Positions 23,179 through 34,456 of a DNA stretch of 64,000 bases are shown here, one piece after another. The stretch spans positions 6,386,001-6,450,000 of the forward strand of contig JBHGNT010000017.1 in NCBI GenBank assembly GCA_043228905.1. The letters run 5' to 3'. Under the pieces are notes generated by a model, which saw nothing but the letters and a program-made list of their open reading frames with translations, searched no databases and was not told the DNA's origin. Position 1 is the stretch's first letter, and every line of letters begins with the position of its first letter. Source of the stretch: Azolla caroliniana (Eukaryota > Plantae > Polypodiophyta). The position numbers were made by a program, and so were the translations under genes.

Positions 23179-26100
23179 TCACTCCATTAGGAGGTCTAGA
23201 ACAGGCTGCTCTCCAAGATCAGCTGACAGTGTGTTGAGCGGGAAGCTCAACTGGAGCCGGATCGGCTGAATAAGCCTGAGCCAGCAAGCGAGACAGATCG
23301 GTAAGCCGTGAGCAACTGAGCCGGCAAGCAACTGAGCCGGTGAGCTGGGGAGCCGGTTAGCCAGATCCAATCAGTAACCGGTAGCCTAGTATTAGTTTAG
23401 ACTACTAGGCAATTATAGTCTCGTAGTAAGTGTCAAAAGCTTGTGTGAGCATTAAAGTATGCGGTACTTGTGTCAGTCCTACGAGGACTTGTATAAATGA
23501 TGCTACTGAGCATAGTTGTAAGATACAAAGTATTTTTATATATTTTTGAATATAGCTTTAAGGTTCTGCTCTCTCTATCTCTCCCGTGTACTCTGTGTAT
23601 TCCCTGCTTTCTCTGTTTTCTAACGCTTCCGCAAGTAATTGTTGACATGGTATCAGAGCGCAAGGTTTGAGAACCTCCTCTGCAGCCGACAAACGCTTGA
23701 AAGCAAACCCTAACAGGTCGTAAAACAGCAAACAGAGAAGTAATGGATAGAGGGATGGCTAGCTCGCTCCCTGTGGAGAAACTCAACAAATCCAACTATG
23801 CATCTTGGTCGTATAAGATTCACCAGTACCTGCTTGGGCATGGCTACTAGAGTTTCGTCAAAGGAGCCAACGAAACAGCACCTGATACGGCACATAAGGA
23901 CTTCCCAGTGTGGGAACAATTGGCAAGCAGAGTGATGTACTGCTTCGCGTCCAGTGTCGGAGACCAGCTGCTGAGCCACATCTGAGACGCCAAGACGTCG
24001 AAGGAGGCTTGGGGGAACATGAAGAAGGTTTTCGCCGTGAGCACTACAGCCCGGAAGCTGCAACTCCGACAGGAGTTGAGCAATGTCCGACAGAAGGACA
24101 TGTCGGTGGCGGATTACACGGCCCGGATCAAAGAGATTTGTGACTTGCTTGCCTCTATCAACGTTACCGTAGAGGAAGACGAGATGGTACAGGTCTGTCT
24201 TGGGGGCCTGGCGTCTAAGTTCAGAGCATTCTGAATGGCGGTCTGTACAAGGGAGAATACGCCGTCATTTTTCGACTTACAATTGATGCTCCTTGTAGAG
24301 GAGAACCACGCCGGAGCATCAACTAGCGCACCCACTCACAGCCGGATGTTCTACACGAAGGCGGATCGATCCCGTGGGCGTGGTGGACAAGGCGGGTTGG
24401 CACGCAATGGAGGCGGCTGGCAAGAGCAAGAACGAAGGCACAGAGAACGTACCGACAACAGTTCCAAGACTCCCACAGGTAGGGGGAGTCATGGCAAACC
24501 CAGAAGATGACAAGAGAAGTCAGCAACGGAATGCTGGTACTGTGGCAAAAAGGGCCACAGAGAAAGAGAGTGCTGGAGAAAACGAGCCGATTCGGACAAA
24601 TCCGGATCCAATAAGGCCAGCAAGGATGGCCGGCAAAGCTTGCACTACGCAAAGGGATCGGGAGGATCCAAGAACGGTAACGGGCCAGCCTTGGTGATGA
24701 AGCACGAGGCAAACTCGATGAAGAAGACCACTTCCGAATCGAAGGAAGTGTGGTATGTTGATTCTGATGCGTCGAACCACATGACGAGCCACAAAGAGTG
24801 GTTCTCCTTCTTGGAGAAACCGGATCAACCAGGAGTAGTCGAAACTGAAGATGACACTCCTCACCCAATCGTGCACGTTGGAGAAGTCCCTCTGAGCCAC
24901 GTCGGACCGAAAGGGAAGCTGATGAACGTATTACACGTTCCGACAATCACGAAGAACCTGGTGTCGGTCAAACAAATCGTCGACCAGGGAATGCAGGTGC
25001 GGTTTACGCACGTCGGGTGCTCCATCAAGGAAGAGGGCCAAATTATTGCGCAATGGCGCAAAGATGGGAGGATGTTTATCCTCGACACCAATGACGTTGG
25101 CACCGCTCTGTTTGCAAAAGGAAAGAAGGTCGAATCAGACATCGACCTGTGGCACAAGCGGATAGGCCACGTCAATTACCGAAGGCTTCAAGACCTGCAA
25201 ACGAAACAAGTTGTTTTCGGTTTGCCGAAGTTCAGCGGTTGGAAGGCCCAAGTATGTGAAGCTTGCCAACTCGGGAAGCAACACCGGCTTCCATTCCCTA
25301 CCAAACGTAACCGGAGCCGTAACAAGCTCAACCTAATCCATTCGGATGTGTGGGGACCGGCACAAAATGTTGATCTTGGCGGTAGTCGATATTTCGTTTC
25401 GTTCATCGCCGACTATACGCGGCACACACGGATCTACCTCATTGAGCGGAAGAGTGAAGTCTTCGAGTGCTTCCGGAGTCTCCAAAGCATGGTGGAAAGG
25501 GAATCGAAGAGGAAGATCAAATGCCTGCAGTCGGATGGCGGGAAAGAATACTTTTCCGGCCAATTCAACAGTTATCTGCAGCAAACGGGAATTCGGCGAG
25601 AGTTCAGCTGCAGATATACACCGCAACAGAACGGTGTTACCGAGAGGAAGAACCGGTCGCTTATCGATGCGGCGAGGGCAATGCTGGAGGAGAAGAGCAT
25701 GCCCAAATTCTACTAGGTGGAGGCAGTCCAAACGGATGTCTACATCCAGAACCGGATCGTTGACAAGGTGTCAGCTCACGAGCTGTATTTCAAGCGGAAG
25801 CCGAATTTGAGACACCTTAAGATCTTCGGTAGGATTGCATATGTGCATGTACCGGATGAGAAGCGGAGGAAGCTGGATGCAAAATCGGAAAAATGCATCC
25901 TAGTCGGCTATGCTCAAGAGCAAAAGGGTTATAAGTGTTATAACCCCCGGACAAGGAAGGTCCGAGTTTGTTGAGATGTCGAGTTTGATGAATCGGCATC
26001 GTGGTACTCCTTACCAACTCCGACTTCTGAATCTAACCCGATGACGGAGGATGAGGCTAGTGAGCCTGATCCGGCCCAGGTAGAGGATGATGAAGCGTGG

Positions 26101-29100
26101 ACTCAGGATGAGAGTCCGGAATCGTTCCGGCTGAGCGGGCCGAACAAGAGATTGAGTCAATCTGACTAGTCCGATCAAGAACCGGCGAGTAGTGGAGACT
26201 CTGCCGTGCACTCCCCGCACAAGGAACTGAGGAGACGGTTCACGCGCAAAGAGAAGGGGAAGAAGAAGATACCGGAATTCGAAACCGACAACGATGAGTC
26301 GGATCGGTGTGCATCCGACTCCGGCAAGGACAAAGGCGGATCTTTGGCAACAAAGATCGAACCGGCCAAGAATGGCCTTAAACCGGGTAACAGTGAGTTA
26401 CGCCAGTCCACCCGCCAGAAGGATCTCATCAAGCGGTATGGGTACAATAAGTACATGGCGCATCACTATGTGTACATGCCTAAGGTGGCGAAAGTGCGTG
26501 AGCCAGAGAGCTACGCAGAAGCGGCAAAGGACGCAAATTGGCGTGCCGCTATGGACGAAGAAATGTGGGCACTTGATGTCAACGAGACATGGGACCTAGT
26601 TGACCCTCACTATCACTGTAAACCGATCGGATGCAAGTGGGTGTACAAGGTAAAGTACAATGCTGATGGTTTAGTTAACCGGTACAAGGCCTGGTTAGTG
26701 GCGAAGGGATACGCGCAAACCCACGGAATCAACTACGACGAGACCTTCGCTCCTGTAGCGAAGATGGCGACGGTTCGAGTGGTGCTGGCGGTTGCTGCGG
26801 CAAGGGGGTGGCATCTTCACCAGATGGATGTGAAGAATGCATTTCTTCAAGGTGATCTTGAAGAAGAAGTCTTTATGACTCAGCCTCCCGGTTTTCAATC
26901 GGAGATGAACAAGTCGGCGGTATGCCGGCTGTAGAAGTCGTTGTACTGCCTGAAGCAAGTCCCTCGAGCTTGGAATGCGAAGATCACGCACCGGTTGCAT
27001 AAGATGGGGTTTATGGCCTCCAAATCGGACTCTTCGTTGTTCATCCAGCAAGGCTCAGCCGGCCCAGTATGTATATTGCTGTATGTTGATAATCTAGTCA
27101 CCACCGGACAGGGTGTTCCAGAAATCAACCGCATCAAGTCCCTGTTGTCGGACACATTTGAGATGAAGGACCTAGGGGACCTTCATTATTTTCTTGGGAT
27201 TGAGGTGATCCGAACCCCCGACGGCATATTACTCTCACAATGACATTACGTCTTGAATACGCTGTACAAGTTCGGCATGACAGAATGCCGACCTATCTCC
27301 ACACCCTTGGACCGGAACCAGAAGCTTCGTCTCAACTCTGGACCGGCCTGCAACGAGAAATGGTTCCGACAAATTGTCGAAAACCTTATTTACCTGACTA
27401 TCACACGACCTGACATTAGCTATCCGGTCGGGATGATAAGTCAATTCATGCAAAAGTCGACCGTGGAGCACCTTCAGTGCACGCAGCGGATACTGCGATA
27501 TTTAAGCGGCACGAAGGACCGAGGACTCTTATACCAGCGAGGTATAACCGAAGAGCTCGTCGGTTACACGGATGCCAACTGGGTCGGCGATACATCAGAT
27601 CGCCGATCAACCTCCGGTTATATGTTTTCCCTAGGGAGCGCAACTGTTGCGTGGAGCAGCAAAAAGCAGCCAACATTGGCTCTATCAAGCACTGAGGCCG
27701 AGTACCAGGGCGCTACCATTGCCACCTGCGAAGCCATTTGGCTTCGGCGACTGCTGCGAGACATGCGGATCGAGGTACCAACCCCGATCCCGATTTATTG
27801 TGATAACATCAGCAACATGCAGCTCGCCAAGAACCCTGTGTTCCATGCTCGCACGAAGCACATAGAAGTGCATTATCACTTTGTGCGTGAGCGGGTCCTA
27901 AGCGGCGAAGTTGAACTACGGTATGTTCACACGGATCAGCAGGTTGCCGACATCTTCACCAAGCCGCTCGGATTGGACAAGTTGCAGCACTTCACCGAAA
28001 TGCTTGGTGTTCAACATCTCGACGTGCCACACTTGAGGGGGAGAATGAGCAAAGACACCGGAACGGGCAAAGGCAAAGAGACTGCCGATTGCACCGGTGA
28101 GGGAAGAACAGACGAAGGGAGAGTCAAGAAGAAGAAAGGAGCCGAGTTGACAAGGGAAGTCGACACGTCCGAACAAGTCGGAACAAGTGGCAGTAGCGGC
28201 AGAGTCAAGAAGGACAGAGCCGACCGAAGGAAGAAGGCCAAGACCCGAACATGGTCCGATGTGGTGAAGGGCTTGGAACCAGAAGACGAATCGGGAGCAA
28301 CCGAGTCGGACAAGAGTTGGAATGAATCGGAGACAGTCGATTCGGTTCAAAAGACAGATTTGGAAGAACTGGATCAATTCAAGGCCAAGCAGACACGAAT
28401 GCAGCAGAAATCGATGCCATCGTGGAGGAACTGACGGATCGGCAAGCGCCAGAGTCATAGCAACGAAGGAGCTGAGAGGGGCCTATTGAGCAGACATGCC
28501 GACCGAAGGTCGAGGCGTGCAGAACAAGAGGGGTCGCGGCAAACAGAACCAGACCGGATGAGGAGCGCGAGCAAGGCGGAGCGACGCCAGGAGAAGTCGG
28601 TTGGAAGAACTGACTGCCACAGAGACTGACATTAAGATCCAACCTCAACTTGAGCTTGAGGGGGAGTGTTGAGCGGTAAGCTCAACTGGAGCCGGATTGG
28701 CTGAATAAGCCTGAGCCTGCAAGCGAGACGGATCGATAAGCTGTGAGCAACCGAGCCGGCAAGCAACAGAGCCGGTGAGCTGGGGAGCCGGTTAGCCAGA
28801 TCCAATCGGTAACCAGTAGCCTAGTATTAGTTTAGACTACTAGGCAATTATAGTCTCGTAGTAAGTGTCAGAAGCTCATATGAGCATTAAAGCACGCAGT
28901 ACTTGTGTCAGTCCTACGAGGACTTGTATAAATGATGCTACTGAGCATAGTTGTAAGATACAGAGTATTTTTATATATTTTTGAATATAGCTTTGAGGTT
29001 CTGCTTTCTCTGTCTCTCCCATGTACTTTGTGTATTCCCTGCTTTCTCTGTTTTCTAACACTTCCGCAAGTAATCGTTTACACAGTGGTGATGCATCAAC

Positions 29101-31700
29101 ATGTTTTGTCTCCTCAGTTGAATCTTGTATATGATTTGAACCCGGTGCATCTTCAAGGTCGACAAGGTCGCCTCCTTCCTCGTCTATAGGTTCCATCGAC
29201 TCTCTAGAGGCCATCTAAAACATCTTGGTTTCGTTGATATGCTTTGCCCCAACCTCTTGGTCTTGGTCAGGACAATCCCAGATGCCTTGGATCCTCATCT
29301 TAATAAAATTGAATTAGTCGGGGTTCTTTTCTAATGTGACGCAATTCCTGAATAGTTTAAGAGCACATGTAGTCATCGTTCCTAAATAAACAATCACACA
29401 TACAAAAGTAAGAAAACAAGACAAGAAATAATATTTCATTTAAAAAAATAATGATGAAACTTATGAGATTACTTGTTCCAAAAAATAATTCGAGAACCCA
29501 ATCATCAAGGTTCGAGAACAACTCGACCAATCGATTAATCAATCGTTGGGGCTTTTGATAAGGGTTTACTAAACTCTTATTGCCAGACACGTAGCGCAAT
29601 TTCTTCGTTACAGCTAGGGACATGATATAGTTGACAACGTTCCGCTCATTAACATGTGCCCGAGCCTTCTTCTTAGAAATTGTGTTGTAGTAGCCCACAC
29701 ACATGTGCTCCACAACGCTCACCATTCAATCACCCGGGGTACGAGTTATGTTCGTTTTAACCCTATTTTATAATTGAATCGAAACAAGTTAATAAATATG
29801 TAGTAAGCAACATAGAATCCATACATTAAATATATAGTAACATAATGCTTACCAATGCATATGTTCGGTGGCATGGCATCTCGACTTCAATACAATCGTG
29901 ACCGATAACGCCTGACCCATACTGTGAAATATAGCAATATGCCATAATGGTACCAGGGTTAGCTCCACAAAGTCCTTAACCATCTTCTCTATTTGCGGAT
30001 ATTTGTATGGCACATCGTCGTATGTCGAGCCTGATATTCTAAAGCCATACGGTATATTCACCACAAGCAATGTATAATGTCTCTTGGGTAATATGTCAAG
30101 CATATTACCCTTGACATATTACCCACATCCCCATTATATACACTATAATACAATTGTCAGAAAGGATCACTCCTGTGCAAAAAGCTTTTTATGGTATCTG
30201 AGTCCTCAGGCACCTCGAGTTCCTTTCCTTTTGTCATCCGTTTGTCGCATTTAGCTCATTCCAAATGGGTGATGAAGGCGCTAGGTATGTCTTCATTGTT
30301 GTCACTATTCTTCTTTGAACGAGGTGGATATTGTAATTATAAATTTTGTAAGAAGAAACTCATTATCCAAAAATCAATTAATATTTGTAGAACATACATA
30401 CCCATTCTCTAAACACGATAAAGAATTCTTCAAGAGCCTTGTAAGATGATGTTTTTGGGCAAGATTGCTCCACTTCTTCCCACATAGGCAAGGACAATTT
30501 TTTCATCATCAAATCTTGAATCTTCATATACACCTTATGGCTAAAAAACAAAATAAACTAAAATAAGAATAAAGAACAAATCAACAAAGCAATCAAATCA
30601 AAATGATACATGCACATAGATGACTCACTTTTGAAACTCTGTGACCATTTCGTCAAGGCTAAACTCCTTGGCAGCCACTCTTGATAATACAGATATCAAT
30701 AATTTGTCATCCTTAATTCCTTGCAGTGACTGCCAAGGAAGTAGTTTCATATCTTCGGCTAACTCTTCAATTACTAAGTCACTTTTATGTGACTTAGATT
30801 TCATCTCCACCTGTGGGTCAAGCTTAGCCTTCTTTGATCTTTGACCCTTTATTTCTTTACGCTCCCACATACAAAAAATGCGATCTTGGAGGTCCCACAC
30901 CTCCCTTATTCTAAAGGCAAGTTGAAACCATGAGTCATATTTTCTCAGGCCTTTAGACTTGGTGCTTTCATCAACTGTTATCCCCACTTCAAGCAAACAT
31001 TGTCGTCGCAATCCAGGATGCAACCGAATACCAAATTTTTGCAGCACATCAAGGTACTCGTGATGGAAGAACCTGATGCGCTCAATACATGACATCTTTT
31101 GTCTATAGTCATTATCGTTGTTATGATCCCAAGCTAACAACTTGGCTTCTTCATGTGTAAGGGTTGCATACACTTTACATTCTGCGTACTTGAAGAAAGG
31201 GGTAAGAGGATACTCCTTGACCAGTTGACGTCGGGCTTCAACAGAGTGTGATCCTCCAATCACATAGTATATGTAGTTATCTACCGAACTGTAATTGAAG
31301 TCAACAACAACATGACATTGATGTGGGTCAACCATTACTAAGAATGGCACTACAGTCGCATGTGGATTAATCTTCATTTTGCTTTTTAAGTTCTGCACAT
31401 GCACTGAATGTGGCTCTCTTATTTCTAGAACCTGTCTTCCTGTCTCCGGATCGATGGGTGGCCGTTGAATAGAGCAGATTGGTAAGTGAAATAATTGTCC
31501 TTTACGGACAAGCTTCGTCTTTACAATATTTTCTCTGATCCGGTTCTGCTCTGAGGTAAGTATCTCCAATGAAATGTGTTGTCAACTCCGGACTCGATAT
31601 ATGTTTTGCGAGAATCAGGTTTCATTATGGTGTCAGAAGGTCTTTTTGTTGGTGATGGAATTTTTAGTTTAAAGGATGGCACCTTCTGTCGTGGCTCACT
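23179..31700 (-). pseudogene. ParB/Srx-like + beta-class N6A/N4C DNA methyltransferase gene, copy 2. Exons about 31700-30629, 30540-30402, about 30330-29853, 29762-29473, then 29381-29083 joined to 23226-23179 once the copia is removed
   Basis: ParB-like YYVIGGSHSVEARRQL..HNNDNDYRQKMSCIERI. Motif IV LLVVNIPYGF, then WVKTN, then motif X-I NPYQKPQRLINRLVELFSNLDDWVLELFFGT|intron|(R)TMTTCALKLFRNCVTLEKNP. The last exon reads ..DASPL/SADLGEQPVLDLLME* across the copia TSD. Scattered stops. Confidence 0.85.
23232..29082 (+). mobile_element. Full-length Ty1/copia LTR retrotransposon with inactivating stops. LTRs 23232-23647 and 28667-29082, PBS 23648-23659, PPT 28656-28666, TSD CAGTG
   Basis: Two 416-bp TG...CA LTRs with about 25 mostly transition differences by manual count. 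PBS TGGTATCAGAGC (tRNA-iMet). Gag knuckle CWYCGKKGHRERECW, protease WYVDSDASNHM, integrase [26 protein letters not shown] and LYVDNL, RNase H YTDANW. Confidence 0.97.
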
Positions 31701-31902
31701 TAAAACAACAAGTCATGACACAAGGATATAACAATAATCTTAATAATAAACAATATAGACCTCTAAACTAAGGTAAATTAGCGAAAATCATACATTTTTG
31801 TATAGAATGTCACATAAAAAACTTGAAGAAATAGACCAAAAAACATAAATAAAAAATTGACCAAATATGATCTATTGATCATGAAAAGCCCATTTTTCAA
31901 CT

Positions 31903-31929
31903 GGAACTCGATGCAATGCATCGAGTTCC
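31903..31929. other. Perfect 27-bp palindrome GGAACTCGATGCA-A-TGCATCGAGTTCC between the divergent genes of element copy 2
   Basis: Two 13-bp arms with a 1-nt centre, read directly. Confidence 0.9.
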
Positions 31930-32596
31930 CGATGAAAATGTTAAACCTCGATTATGGAAGAAAATGTTGAATAAAACAAAAAAGAATCTTTAAGGAATCT
32001 AAAATGTTGTGTTAGAAAACATACCTGGCAATTTTCTTTCTGTTCTTCATGTTGATGTTGGAGATGTTGACATGACCGGAGAGGCGAAAACTCGAAGATT
32101 TTGGTTGCTAAGTGCTCTTGTGCTCTTCTTCTACTTGAACGTGATAATGAGAAATAGGAGATGACTTCCCTTTATATATTTAAAAAATATATTTTTTTAA
32201 TTATTTAAAAAAAATAAAAAAATATGTATTTGGACATGGTGCTTATTATAGAACCAAACTTGTGCCTATTTTGGACATTGTTGTTGTAACTTAGCCTTGA
32301 GCAAAATTTCCTCAAATTCAAGTGAAAATTCTCTATTTTCTATTGACCCTATTATATTATATGATAACTCGTTTTTCTCAATCGAGGAATATAGCCATGT
32401 TAATAATAAAAGGTGCCATGTTAAGACCAACAACGATCAAGAGCAAAGCTCGACGTCAAGTTTTTCGATAGAGCCATTGAACTTAGGTAAAACAAGATAT
32501 ATTAAAGTAGATACAACTCATGTGAGTCGAGTTTATCGAATGCTAACGAAAACTGTGTCAATAAGCCTCTAAATATTTCAAAGAGTTCCTCGACAA

Positions 32597-34456
32597 GTGA
32601 GTGTTAAATTATATAATTTTTTGTGTTCGGATCAACAAATTTCAATTGACATATGCAAGGTATGTTGTGGGAGCCTTTGTCTATCAAAATTTGGAAAGGC
32701 AAACTTGCGGGGGTTGCGACAAAAGTATTTGTCTTGCAATGGAGATGAACAAGATACATTCTTGATTGCCAATATGCAGCTTGTTAAGGACCATCTAGCA
32801 GTGACGTGTTCTCAGCAGGTGGAATATTACCTTTCACTTACTACAAAGAGTTGTCCAGTTGCTTTAAAATTGTTTATAGCATCAGGAACATGAGGCTATA
32901 GAGAATTCAACATCGATTACTGAAGGGGTGGTGGGTACCTTTCAACAATACAGAATCTACATGTAAGGGTCTAATTGGGCGGCATGCCGTTAGATGGATG
33001 GAGATATATTTCTCGAAGCAATGTGATGTTATGACCACCACTGGAAGGTTACATTTGTTAGATAACTTCACTCGTCGTGACTCGTGAGGTATACCAAGCG
33101 TATAAGGATGACATGTTATTAGAAAGTGTACCTTACATACAATATCGACATTTTAATCGTTTATGGAGATCAAAGTTTAACAATGTGGTCATACCCCGCA
33201 AGGTCCGGATTGGTGTTTGTTCTATATGCACAAGTTTAAAAAGCATGGCCAAGAGTGGGACAACAGATGAAGAAATAACAAAATATAAGAATTTATTAAG
33301 AGAACATCGAGAAAGCTGGTCGTTGGAAAGATCTAAAGCTACGCACCATCGTCAAAAAACGATTCAATTGCCAAAAAGATATATGTGCTTGATTATAGAT
33401 GGGATGGATCAGAAGAAAACTTGTTTGCCACATTTTCGAAGGTTGCCCAAGGATGTTGGAGATGAATGCCTAGTGAAAATGCAATTAGTAGGATGTCTTC
33501 TGTATTGTCAGACAATAAGGCCTCAAGTGTTCCTAACTTATCCAAATATCTACAATGACCCTAATCTTACAGTGACAGTCATGCAAAGAGTTCTGTAGAG
33601 TTGGCAAGGTTTACTCCCACCAGTACTATACGTGCAACTTGACAACATGGCGAGAGAAAACAAGAACTCAACTGTGTTTGGTTATTTGAGCATGTTAGTA
33701 GACAAGGGTATTTTCAAAAAGATTAAGGTCAACTTCTTGCTAGTTGGTCATACACATGATCACATAAATCAAATGTTTAGTAGCTTCTCCAAGAAATTAG
33801 CGAGGTGTGATGCTTTCACATTTCCTATGCTATCAAGGTTGATCACTGAAGCTTATACCCCCAAGCCAGATATGCAACATTTAGATGAAGTATATGATTT
33901 CAAGCACTTTGGTTTCGATGGTGATGGGACTAGATGTAGGGTTCTTGCTTTGTTTAATAATATAAGTTTTAACCACGTCTTCTTCATCCAAAAAAGTGTG
34001 GTCGGTCACAACCAAGCCATGTTGTATGCCAAACAATACTCATCTAGTTTGCAATGGGAGCCACAAGACGAATGTAGGCTCTTAGTGCATTTTCCAGATG
34101 CAATAATCTATGGTGCTGAGCAAATGCCCTATGACGACCATAAAAGATTGGCTATTGGTAGTTGAATTGATGAGTTTGAGCTATATTGGATGTGGTGCCT
34201 TGAGGAAAAATAGAAAAATATTGAGCGAACCAAAAAGTACACTGGTGATCAGGATATGGATTTGTGGGATGTCTTCTTTAATCATCAACATACAATATTA
34301 GGTAACCACTTTAAAGGGTACTGGCCACTACAAAATCAATTCGAATGGGCGCTTGGTGGCCCATCAATGGCAAGCACGACTCCTTTACAACCACTACATA
34401 AACTTGAATTGAATAATCTAGTTCGTCCACGACAAAGAGATATTTACGTGGGACCA
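32597..34456 (+). pseudogene. Sola/DUF7869-like DDE-type transposase with frameshifts and stops
   Basis: Cys cluster CKVCCGSLC, then F.RLWRSKF...CSIC, LIIDGMDQKKT, LYVQLDNMARENKN and NFLLVGHTHDHINQMFS. The DGMD / DN..ENKN / GHTH..D signature is one I recognise from these transposases. Exact superfamily not tested. Confidence 0.8.

Larger units (their letters stand above)
22343..34456. mobile_element. Candidate DNA transposon copy 2: ParB-MTase gene (-) head-to-head with a transposase (+); contains a nested copia; right end truncated
   Basis: Same gene pair and orientation as at 1-4970. The left boundary is placed where LINE homology stops (GGTCATTTAGAACAGG). The right side fuses into a GAT intron duplicate at AGATTTATGG. 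No TIR pair or TSD can be verified. Confidence 0.65.

Noticed and set aside
23847-28648. Many overlapping antisense and alternate-frame ORFs in the copia (also at 60955-63324)
   Set aside because: Shadows of GC-rich gag-pol sequence with no independent motifs.
29357-31569. Bacterial or phage contamination as the source of the ParB-MTase sequence
   Set aside because: The gene has GT-AG introns at positions shared by two copies, carries a plant copia insertion with a TSD, and is contiguous with plant genes.
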